Origin: Ignavibacteria bacterium
GTDB lineage: Bacteria; Bacteroidota; Ignavibacteria; Palsa-1295
DNA: 64,000 nt
Direction of reading: 5' to 3'
NCBI GenBank assembly: GCA_013287605.1
Contig: JABDDM010000004.1
Coordinates: forward strand, 233-64,232
Positions 56,178 through 64,000 of this stretch are shown in pieces (position 1 is the first letter of the stretch; the number at the start of each line of letters is the position of its first letter). The notes under the pieces were generated by a model. The model made no database searches, had not been told where the DNA came from, and was given only the letters and a program-made list of their open reading frames with translations. The translations under genes were made by a program, and so were the position numbers.

Positions 56178-58298
56178 ATGAGTATCTGCAGACGCAAGTC
56201 TTGGAAACTGTTAATGGAAATGACACTGGTCGTTTGCACTGTAGTGATGTCATTCCTCAATCATGTGTACAGCCAGACTGGGGCCACTCCGCTTGAGGGA
56301 GGTCCCATCTGGTTTCGGTACCTTGTTTGCAATCCTAGTAGCTCTGGAGGCGATACTGCCTCAAGGTTCTTTGACATTCAACTGGCATCGGACCAGGACA
56401 CTGTTATTACGGTATTCATTTCCTCGCTATGCGACAGCAAACTAAACGATACTTTTAGGGTGCCTGCCCATAGTGGATTGGGATTCAGGGTTTCCTCGGA
56501 TCTTAAATTCATGATCCGTGGCTCCGGCCATGTATCAAATCAGGTTGTGCTCGTTCGAGCCTCTGCCCCTATATATGTTGCAACCGTATATGGGTCGCAA
56601 GGAGGCACCGAAGGGACAGTCGTGCCCGAGGAGCGTGAACTGGGAACAGTTTACCGCGCAATTTCTTACTCTGACCCACATTTGAATAAGAATTTGGACG
56701 AAAATATACTCTCCGAATTCGTCGTCGCCGCTTTCGAGGATTCCACTCGAGTAACTATTACACCTTCCGTCCCTACTTTCGATGGGTCGCCAGCTGATAT
56801 CCCGTTTGAAATAGTATTGAGTGCAGGAGAATGTTACCAGCTTCAAACGGAATACACCCTAAAGCCCGACGATGTGACAGGGTCAACCATCACATCTTCA
56901 AAACCCGTAGCCGTTTACGGTGCTCACGGAGCTTCGATCTACCTCCCAAATAGCTACGATCAGGGTGGAGAGGCGTACGGTGGACTATTGTGCGAATCGG
57001 TTACGCCCATGCAAAGCTGGGGACATACCTTTGCGTGCCAACAAATTGCGCTTCGACCTACCAAGGATAAATATCCTGGTGAGATACTTGGAGATGTGGT
57101 AAGGGTCCTCGCACTGGAGCCACGAACAACCGTTAGGGTTAACGGGATAACATGGGGGTCAGCTCTGAATGCCAACGAATTCCGAGATACGTTGATCTCG
57201 AGCCCGTTGCTTATCGAGACGTCGAGTCCTTCACTCGTCGTAGAATATTCGCATTGTGCTTATTGGCAGGAGGATTCCACCGGGAACACATTTATGGTAA
57301 TGGTGCCGCCCGTAGAACAAATGCTAAACCGATCGGTTTTTTTTCTAACCCAGGATACGAACTATGATCGGCATTACCTGAACATCGTCACCGAATCGAG
57401 CAGCAAGAATAAACTCATGCTCGACGGCAAACCGGTGATCGATACGATGTTTACCGACCTTCCAACCACCACCGCGGGCGGCCATTATTCGGTGGGGTCG
57501 CTCAAAGTCTCATCCGGGTACCATGTGCTCACGAGTCCAACCGATTCTGCACACGGATTTAATGCATTCGCATATGGCACTCCAGGGATAGTTGTGTGGG
57601 ACGGCATCAGTTACTACCCGAATCTTTGGAGTTATGGAATAACCACTTCCTCCGCTCATCGAACTTTGCAGGGAATTTTCGCTGAGCAAGCAAAGCCCGT
57701 TGGTACCAGCGGCTCAGCGGTCATGAAACTGACGAACCTTGCGCAGGTGGTATCCGTACTCGATAGCGCATCGATCAAGCTTGACAGCGCTTCCAAGGCT
57801 CAAGGATACACTGTGTCAATTTCACGAACAATTGGCAATCAGTTCAATTTTATCTCACCAGTCCTTAGTGACACGGTTCGCCTTTCCATCGTACCACGCC
57901 CGAAGGATACCGTTACAGGCACGATGACGATCTACCATCATATCAATGGTGAGAAAACCCTTGTACCTGCATTTACTACGTTTGTAGTTCTTCCGTATGT
58001 GCAGGGCGTTGTGACATCGGATGCGATTGCCGGAATGCAGGTGCTCCCGATTTCTCCCAATCCCGTTTCTGGTAAGCTCGACTTTCTTTCGATCACATTA
58101 CGCAATCCTCGCTCCCGAGAAGTAATCCTGATAGTTACGGATATTCTTGGCCGTCAGTTCGGTGACGCTATTCGAATCAAGACTGTCGGCGATTGGCAGC
58201 GCGTAAAGCTCCGAGCACCAATAACGCCTGGCATATACTCGGTCGTAATCTCCGACGGCACCGAGCGTAATGTGGAAAATTTCGTTGTGACGCGCTGA
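56178..58298 (+). CDS. secreted protein with IgGFc-binding-protein-N-terminal-like domain and T9SS C-terminal sorting domain
   Basis: GPIWFRYLVCN...VITVFI...VYRAISY...EFVVAAFEDSTRVTITPS...GECYQLQT...GSTITSSKPVAVYGAH pattern. CTD is VLPISPNPVSGKLDFLSITL...ILIVTDILGRQ...ITPGIYSVVISDG...NFVVTR. Start ATG 56178 is inferred. Confidence 0.6.
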   Translation: MSICRRKSWKLLMEMTLVVCTVVMSFLNHVYSQTGATPLEGGPIWFRYLVCNPSSSGGDTASRFFDIQLASDQDTVITVFISSLCDSKLNDTFRVPAHSGLGFRVSSDLKFMIRGSGHVSNQVVLVRASAPIYVATVYGSQGGTEGTVVPEERELGTVYRAISYSDPHLNKNLDENILSEFVVAAFEDSTRVTITPSVPTFDGSPADIPFEIVLSAGECYQLQTEYTLKPDDVTGSTITSSKPVAVYGAHGASIYLPNSYDQGGEAYGGLLCESVTPMQSWGHTFACQQIALRPTKDKYPGEILGDVVRVLALEPRTTVRVNGITWGSALNANEFRDTLISSPLLIETSSPSLVVEYSHCAYWQEDSTGNTFMVMVPPVEQMLNRSVFFLTQDTNYDRHYLNIVTESSSKNKLMLDGKPVIDTMFTDLPTTTAGGHYSVGSLKVSSGYHVLTSPTDSAHGFNAFAYGTPGIVVWDGISYYPNLWSYGITTSSAHRTLQGIFAEQAKPVGTSGSAVMKLTNLAQVVSVLDSASIKLDSASKAQGYTVSISRTIGNQFNFISPVLSDTVRLSIVPRPKDTVTGTMTIYHHINGEKTLVPAFTTFVVLPYVQGVVTSDAIAGMQVLPISPNPVSGKLDFLSITLRNPRSREVILIVTDILGRQFGDAIRIKTVGDWQRVKLRAPITPGIYSVVISDGTERNVENFVVTR

Positions 58299-58555
58299 AG
58301 AAATTGGGCTGTTTCGGCCTTGCACGGGAACCATCATGCAGTTATTCCATGTTTCTTATGTTGTGAGCTTATTCCCGTGACCAACCCCTTCAATCTCTAG
58401 CTTCAGACTTGTACAAAGACTCCCGACCGACCGAAGGACTTACATGCATCCGTTCGGACGGGACAACCCAGTCCCTCCTCAAACTGGCGAAAGAATCAGA
58501 CAAATCCGTTCAATCCACGTAATCCAGGTTCTGATAGTTTTCTGTAAGAAGGAGA

Positions 58556-58576
58556 ATTATGAATAAAGTTTTCACA
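58556..58576 (+). repeat. copy 1 of 21-nt direct repeat ATTATGAATAA(A/G)GTTTTCACA spanning a mini-ORF start
   Basis: attatgaataaagttttcaca, preceded by AAGGAG (58549-58554), 4 nt before ATG 58559. The ORF at 58559-58612 encodes MNKVFTHTSLEIANWRF. Confidence 0.5.
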
Positions 58577-58638
58577 CACACAAGCTTGGAAATTGCGAAT
58601 TGGCGTTTTTAGCCCAGAATCGAATGGTTGGAGTTTGG

Positions 58639-58659
58639 ATTATGAATAAGGTTTTCACA
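58639..58659 (+). repeat. copy 2 of the 21-nt direct repeat
   Basis: attatgaataaggttttcaca (20/21 identical). GGAG lies 8 nt before ATG 58642. The ORF at 58642-58728 (28 aa) runs antisense into the 3' end of the kinase gene. Confidence 0.5.
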
Positions 58660-58681
58660 TCAGCACACCGAGCAACGTGGA

Positions 58682-61600
58682 CTAGCCCTTCTTCGACAAG
58701 GCGTAATTCTTCTCGATTACTTCGATGACTTCTCGTTTGGTGGCTGGTTTGGAGAGGTAGTCGTTGCAGCCGGCTTCGATGCAGCGCTGGCGATCGCCGG
58801 TCATTGCGAAAGCGGTGACTGCGATGATGGGGACATCAGGTCTAACGGTGCCAGCTCGGATTTCACGCGTGACAGTCAGACCATCGGTACCACCTGGAAG
58901 ATTAACATCCATTAGGATCACGTCCGGCAGATTCGCATGAAAGACCTCGATCGCCTCCTGTGCATTTAGCGCCTGAAAGATCTCGTATCTATCTCGAAGA
59001 TATACCGCCATCAGTCGCTGTGTCTCGACATTGTCCTCGACGACCAGCACCTTGAGCCGATCACCTGCTGGCTGCTCCGTCCGAGCCGTAGGTTGGGTAG
59101 GCACGGATGGCTTGAAGATTCTTCCGATCGGATACTCTTGTTCGAGTAGATCATGGGCCCGAGGAAAGACGAGTCTGAATGTTGTACCAACCCCCTGCTG
59201 CGACTTGACTTCGATCGAACCGGACATCATTGCAACCAGCCTTCGTGTGATCGCAAGGCCGAGACCCGTGCCTCCAAACTCACGAGTCACGCCGGTGTGC
59301 TCTTGTCTGAATTCTTCAAAGAGATGCGGTATGAAATCTTCATCGATTCCAATTCCGGTGTCAGTAACCGAGATAGCAATCTCCTCCATCGAAGGACTCT
59401 CAATGTTGATCGTGATCGAGCCCTGACGTGTGAACTTGATCGCGTTGCTGAGAATATTCGTAAACACTTGTCCGATCCGCTGACGATCGCCGCGAATTGC
59501 AAATGTTTCGGTTTGATGTTCGATGAGCAGACTAAGTCCTTTTTGCTTGGCGATATAGCTAAGGCTTGATACGACAGCTTCGATCTCCCGCATGACGTCG
59601 AGCGTCTCGGATTGAAGTTCGAGTCTGCCGGATTCGATCTTGGATAGATCGAGGATATCGTTGATCAGATGGAGCAGCCGCTTGCCGGAGACGTTGATCG
59701 ACCGTAGAAATGCGTAGTGTTGTTCGCTGACAGCACCAGAGAGTTCGCTCGAGAGAATATCCGAAAAGCCAAGAATGGCTGTCATCGGAGTTCGGATCTC
59801 ATGCGACATATTGGCAAGAAAGCTCGACTTGAGTCGATTGGCTTCGTTTGCGCGATCGCGTTCGATGGCGAGTTTATCGTTCAACTCCTTCAGTGCCTGC
59901 CGATGCTTGACTGTGGAAGTGACTTCAGGGAATGTGACGATGGCGCCCGTGACATCACCCTGATCATCAAAAAGCGGAGCAGCGCTTTCGAGGATCCACG
60001 TGAGCGATCCATCTGGACGGAGCACACCCAACTCCAGATTTGTCACGGCCCGCTTTTCTCGAAGTGCGCGAACGGCAGGCATCTCCTCAGTTGGTACCGG
60101 TGTCCCGTCTTCGAGATAGGCCTTCCAGATATCAGAATCGTGTCGAAGCTTTGTAAGCTCCTCGATCGACATTCCGAGAATGCGCGCGGCTGCCTCGTTG
60201 GCACGGACAAGTTTTCCATCTTTGTCCGAGATGAGCACCGCTTCTCCAAGCTCATTGAATAGTTGTGTAAAGAGTCTCGAATCTTCGATCTGCTTTTGGA
60301 CAGCGCGGAGTTCGGTGACATCAACCACGGTCCAGCGCCAATACCAATGCTTCTCGATGGGATCGAAGATAGGTAGTGCGTTGACAAGCCCGCGCAGCAC
60401 GTCACCGTTCTTCTTCACGAATTCAAGCTCGACGTTCGTCAGCGGCGATTCGAGTCCGCTGGTGCTCAACTCATGTTCGAAATAGGCGAGACTTGTCGGC
60501 GATAGCATCAGTGAAAGCCCTTCCTTCGTGAAGTGCTCCTGCGAGTCATGACCGAGCCATTGCGCCATTCGCAGATTGATCTCAACGACCGTTCCGTTGG
60601 GATGCACGGAAAGATAGCCGCATGGAGCGTTGTTGTAGAGATCGAGAAGATTGTGGTTCGAACGATCGAGTTCCGCAGCTTGCAGTACCTGTTGCGTGAC
60701 ATCTTCGAGCAGTACAGCAACTTCGTCACCGACTGGGAAAGCTCTGATGTCATATGTGCCACGAACTCCCTCTCGACCAGGCCTGACGCGAATCCGAATA
60801 TCGCGCTCGCCACCGCGTGCGCGAGCGAGAAGACTGTCGAGCGTGGCTTCCCTCATCGGCAGCATGTCGGCGGCGTCTCTGTAGAGTGCAATTGGGGCAA
60901 GAATGCCATCGGATGCCAATTCGCATGCGCGATTCCAATAGGTGATCCTCCGTTTTGAATCGACCAGCACAAGTGCGAGAGAAATATTTTCTGCCAGTGT
61001 GCGAAAGCGCTCTTCGCTTGTTGCAAGGTTGCGCTCCGACTCGGCCTGGTTTGTCCTGTCGTCAATAAGGATTGCGAGCTCATCGGCTACGGGGAATGCC
61101 CGAATGCTGAAGCTATATGTGCCTCGCGTGCCGGAGTAAGCGTATCGGTTGATTGAAAAGGCGCTTCGTTCGCGCAACGCTTCTTCGCACTGCTCGAGAA
61201 GCGCTGGAGAAAGTGCAGGAAAGAGATCGGTGCCTTTGAGGCCGACCGCTTTCTGCGCACGGATCCCGGTCATCGCTTCGGCACGAGGATTCCAATACGT
61301 CACTCTGAGCGAGCGGTCAATAATGACGAGTGCCATATTGACGGATTCGGAAAGCAGGCGAAAGCGCTCTTCGTTTTGTCTCGCAGATTTTTCCTTGCGC
61401 TCAATCGCTTCCAGATCGTCATAGAAAACGATGAGTTGCTCGCCCAGGCGCATCCCATGGATGTTCATCTTTGGGAATCGAGGGTCCGCGGGTTGATAAT
61501 TGCGAAGAACGAATTCGTTGCCGGTCTCTAGTACTGCATGAAAGGCCTGAGCAACCTTCTCGGTCATCGCAACTTTCTTCGTCAGGCTGTCGCCAACTTT

Positions 61601-61837
61601 TATGTCCAACGCAAACGGACGCACGGCCTTACTGATGTGACGAAAGACAAGGTCGCGATCGAAAATGGTGAACTTGAGCTCGAGCGACTCCATCATTTCT
61701 ATGAAGAGATCGAACGAATCTCCTTGGGCGGCATCGACCAAATGTTCGATCAAGTGGTTGCCTTCACGGTCGGATTTTGGAACAGTCCGGACAGATCCCG
61801 CACGGGTTTTTGACTTCGCAGATAGTTTCTGATCCAT
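58682..61837 (-). CDS. hybrid sensor histidine kinase (multiple PAS domains, HisKA, HATPase_c, C-terminal receiver)
   Basis: At least 4 PAS-like segments, H-box SFLANMSHEIRTPMTAILGF, G-boxes DTGIGI / GGTGLGLAI, receiver KVLVVEDN...VILMDVNLPGG...SKP. Confidence 0.9.
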   Translation of the reverse strand: MDQKLSAKSKTRAGSVRTVPKSDREGNHLIEHLVDAAQGDSFDLFIEMMESLELKFTIFDRDLVFRHISKAVRPFALDIKVGDSLTKKVAMTEKVAQAFHAVLETGNEFVLRNYQPADPRFPKMNIHGMRLGEQLIVFYDDLEAIERKEKSARQNEERFRLLSESVNMALVIIDRSLRVTYWNPRAEAMTGIRAQKAVGLKGTDLFPALSPALLEQCEEALRERSAFSINRYAYSGTRGTYSFSIRAFPVADELAILIDDRTNQAESERNLATSEERFRTLAENISLALVLVDSKRRITYWNRACELASDGILAPIALYRDAADMLPMREATLDSLLARARGGERDIRIRVRPGREGVRGTYDIRAFPVGDEVAVLLEDVTQQVLQAAELDRSNHNLLDLYNNAPCGYLSVHPNGTVVEINLRMAQWLGHDSQEHFTKEGLSLMLSPTSLAYFEHELSTSGLESPLTNVELEFVKKNGDVLRGLVNALPIFDPIEKHWYWRWTVVDVTELRAVQKQIEDSRLFTQLFNELGEAVLISDKDGKLVRANEAAARILGMSIEELTKLRHDSDIWKAYLEDGTPVPTEEMPAVRALREKRAVTNLELGVLRPDGSLTWILESAAPLFDDQGDVTGAIVTFPEVTSTVKHRQALKELNDKLAIERDRANEANRLKSSFLANMSHEIRTPMTAILGFSDILSSELSGAVSEQHYAFLRSINVSGKRLLHLINDILDLSKIESGRLELQSETLDVMREIEAVVSSLSYIAKQKGLSLLIEHQTETFAIRGDRQRIGQVFTNILSNAIKFTRQGSITINIESPSMEEIAISVTDTGIGIDEDFIPHLFEEFRQEHTGVTREFGGTGLGLAITRRLVAMMSGSIEVKSQQGVGTTFRLVFPRAHDLLEQEYPIGRIFKPSVPTQPTARTEQPAGDRLKVLVVEDNVETQRLMAVYLRDRYEIFQALNAQEAIEVFHANLPDVILMDVNLPGGTDGLTVTREIRAGTVRPDVPIIAVTAFAMTGDRQRCIEAGCNDYLSKPATKREVIEVIEKNYALSKKG

Positions 61838-61955
61838 GAAAAGATCAACAGAGACGTTTAACGAGCTAACAAATGAGCCAGATTTACACAGAAAACAGGA
61901 CTACTCCCTGCAACAGAGGTAAATGCGATTGATTCCGAGACTCAGGAAACGAGGC

Positions 61956-64000
61956 TCAAGCGATAGGAAGGGCATCGAAGCTAACTGCTTCTCGATACCG
62001 GCAGGCATCCTTAACAACGCAGTTTCGGCACACCTGGGGAGCAATATCGGCCAAAGCCAGGCGAAAGGTGCCACCGACGATCCCATCCACATAGCTTTCA
62101 GCGCGCTCGATGGTCTTATCAAGAAGCTCCATGATTTCCGCCTCAGTCAGAACCCCGGGTCCATGAGGCAGGCTTTCGCCCTTTTTGACCCGCATCGATT
62201 GCAGTTGTCCCAAACGAAATTCGGCTTCTTCCTTCACAGCAATGCCGAGCTTTCGCTTGCCTTCTTTGAGGGATTCATAGATCGAGCCAACTCCGCGTAG
62301 TGGGCTTTCTCCGCGAGCACGCCTGTCGCGATTGATAAGCTCTTCGGCCACTCGCATGTAGATGAGAAGCTGGAGGCTCGTGCCGCGCTCGATCTCGCTG
62401 AATGATTTAGTGCCGCCACTTTTGTAATCGACGACGCTAAACGTTGCATCATCAATATCGATTCTGTCGATCTTGCCGCGAAGTTTCAGTTTCCCGAACT
62501 GCATCGGATCCTTCGTCGAAAGCCTGGTTTCCTGTTCCTGCGACGAACCCGTCAGGCTTCCAAAACTCACTTCAAAATATGCTGGCTTCTGACTTCCCTT
62601 CCGCAGCATCTCTTCTGCGGCAAGGACACGATCCCATACGCTAACTTTACCATGCAGATTGAGCATTCGATCTGCATCAAGCTGGTAGAACGGATGTGTA
62701 TCGTCCTTTATTCGGAGATGATGCATCGCAAGCTCAGTTGCTCGATCTTTGAATTCCTTGAGTTCTACCGGATCCTCGATTTCAGAGACTGGTCCTCTTT
62801 CAGCTTCTCTTCGCTCGGTAAAAATTTCATAGAGTACTTTGTGCAGCAGATTGCCTTTCTCTCGTTCGTCAAGACCCTCTTCTGCCTCTTCCGGTGAATC
62901 AAAATGGAAAAGATTCTGGGTCACGAATCGGAAAGGGCAATTGGCGTAAGCTTCGAGCTGGCTAACCGACCACGTGCGATCGGTATACGTTTGCAATGCA
63001 ATCTTCTCGTCTACTGTGAGAGCACCCACATCAACCTGACCGGCAAACTGATGTACGCCACGTTCCTTACGTTGCATCTGCATATTGACTGCAATTGGCA
63101 AATGCTCGAATAGCTCTTTACGGATGGAATCGTCTTCAATGCTGACATCACTTAATCGACGTAGATCTCCGAAGCGCGCGAGTTCTTGTCCTGCAAATTC
63201 GTAGAGTTGGTTGTAAGAGAAGATACCGGACGATGTTTCTTCATCTTCGTCATCTCGTCCGAGTGATTGCATCAACTGAGTCAAAAACGCAGAACGCGTT
63301 TGCTCGGCACTTCCAGAGCCATGACTAGGCCAGGAAAGTGAGAGTTGCTTTCTGAATTTTGTTACCACGGTGAAGAAAAGGAGCCGCTCCTCTTCACGCT
63401 TGATCTTCTCCCCTTCTTTTTGAAGTTCCGAGAGAAGAAATACCTGCGGCTCGAATGTGGATGGGAAGACTCCATCAACGAGGCCGGGAATAAAGAGATA
63501 CTCAAATTCGAGTCCGAGTATTTGTTCGAGCGATGTCACATAGACGCTGCCTGGATCGAAGCGTGGCGTGAAGCGCCGAAGCTGAGCAGCTGTCTTTAGA
63601 CGTTCTATATAGAACTGCAATGGTTCTTCTTCCTCATCGACCTTGAGCAGTGAGAAGATGCTCGTGAGATCTTCTACCAACTTCATGAGTGTTCCGTAAC
63701 CGCGGGCGTCACGTTCAAGCGCGTGTTCCTTCAGAATGACATCACTATTCGTGAGGATCGCTTCTGAAACGTTAAGCCCCTGAAAGAGCCGAAGCAATGC
63801 TGCTCGGAAATGCTTGGAGCGCAATGGATTCGCAAAAGGCTCAACGATATTGGTTACAATCTGGTAATCCTTCAGAGCCACTATCGCAGAACGGCGCTCG
63901 CTTTCCAAACGTCGAAGCTGTACGTCATCGCCCGTGTCTTTGCACGTCTGGATCTCATCTTCGAGTTGACCAATCCTTGAAGAGAGCCTTGACTGCCATT
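61956..64000 (-). CDS. PD-(D/E)XK nuclease family protein, AddB/RexB-like helicase-nuclease subunit; 5' end outside window
   Basis: The frame stays open to position 64000. The C-terminal nuclease region has SQLEAYANCPFRF, ...RGKIDRID...VVDYKSG (D..D/EYK), and terminal CRNCVVKDAC. Together these give the C...CX2CX5C Fe-S pattern of AddB/Cas4-type nucleases. Confidence 0.75.
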   Translation of the reverse strand, partial: WQSRLSSRIGQLEDEIQTCKDTGDDVQLRRLESERRSAIVALKDYQIVTNIVEPFANPLRSKHFRAALLRLFQGLNVSEAILTNSDVILKEHALERDARGYGTLMKLVEDLTSIFSLLKVDEEEEPLQFYIERLKTAAQLRRFTPRFDPGSVYVTSLEQILGLEFEYLFIPGLVDGVFPSTFEPQVFLLSELQKEGEKIKREEERLLFFTVVTKFRKQLSLSWPSHGSGSAEQTRSAFLTQLMQSLGRDDEDEETSSGIFSYNQLYEFAGQELARFGDLRRLSDVSIEDDSIRKELFEHLPIAVNMQMQRKERGVHQFAGQVDVGALTVDEKIALQTYTDRTWSVSQLEAYANCPFRFVTQNLFHFDSPEEAEEGLDEREKGNLLHKVLYEIFTERREAERGPVSEIEDPVELKEFKDRATELAMHHLRIKDDTHPFYQLDADRMLNLHGKVSVWDRVLAAEEMLRKGSQKPAYFEVSFGSLTGSSQEQETRLSTKDPMQFGKLKLRGKIDRIDIDDATFSVVDYKSGGTKSFSEIERGTSLQLLIYMRVAEELINRDRRARGESPLRGVGSIYESLKEGKRKLGIAVKEEAEFRLGQLQSMRVKKGESLPHGPGVLTEAEIMELLDKTIERAESYVDGIVGGTFRLALADIAPQVCRNCVVKDACRYREAVSFDALPIA

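Noticed and set aside
1-64000. Search for CRISPR arrays, IS elements or transposases, integrases, prophage genes, rRNA, and recognisable defence systems (restriction-modification, CBASS-like partners next to the patatin gene).
   Set aside because: None seen. There are no spaced direct-repeat arrays, no transposase- or integrase-like ORFs, and no cyclase, nuclease or effector partners flanking the patatin-like gene.

Overview
This 64-kb chromosomal window comes from a Gram-negative bacterium that looks like an FCB-group organism (Ignavibacteria/Kapabacteria/Chlorobi-Bacteroidota-like). That placement is an inference from at least five proteins with T9SS-type C-terminal sorting domains, a GWxTD protein, a PorV/FadL-like barrel and almost no Shine-Dalgarno sequences. 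I call about 47 protein genes, one tRNA and one riboswitch. Apart from one ABC transporter pair, positions 1-37.4 kb are transcribed from the minus strand. The housekeeping core is rimP-nusA-infB-rbfA-truB-ribF, tRNA-Cys, engB, an M24 peptidase, rpsF-rplI (no rpsR between them) and a K+-independent-type H+-pyrophosphatase. The envelope block at 13.7-25.9 kb runs TonB-receptor-like barrel, 1257-aa unknown protein, PorV-like barrel, GWxTD protein, LpxL-type acyltransferase, GT9 heptosyltransferase, TsaC. No CRISPR array, IS element, integrase or rRNA was seen. The findings I rank highest are:
- A patatin/cPLA2-like lipase (46266-49700) has its Ser and Asp catalytic motifs 861 residues apart, separated by about 14 predicted TM helices. 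It is divergently paired with a MarR regulator.
- Two adjacent T9SS cargo paralogs (41880-45991) share an unassigned N-terminal module carrying an invariant GCTCHC motif.
- A 430-aa outer-membrane barrel (400-1692) has only two cysteines, and they form an N-terminal CXXCH. This is the Cyc2-like fused cytochrome-porin architecture.
- A clear TPP riboswitch (54812-54897) precedes a TonB receptor, thiamine pyrophosphokinase and an SSS-family transporter. The transporter is broken by a 1-nt indel in an A7/T7 run.
All calls rest on reading the sequence and ORF translations by eye; no database search was run.
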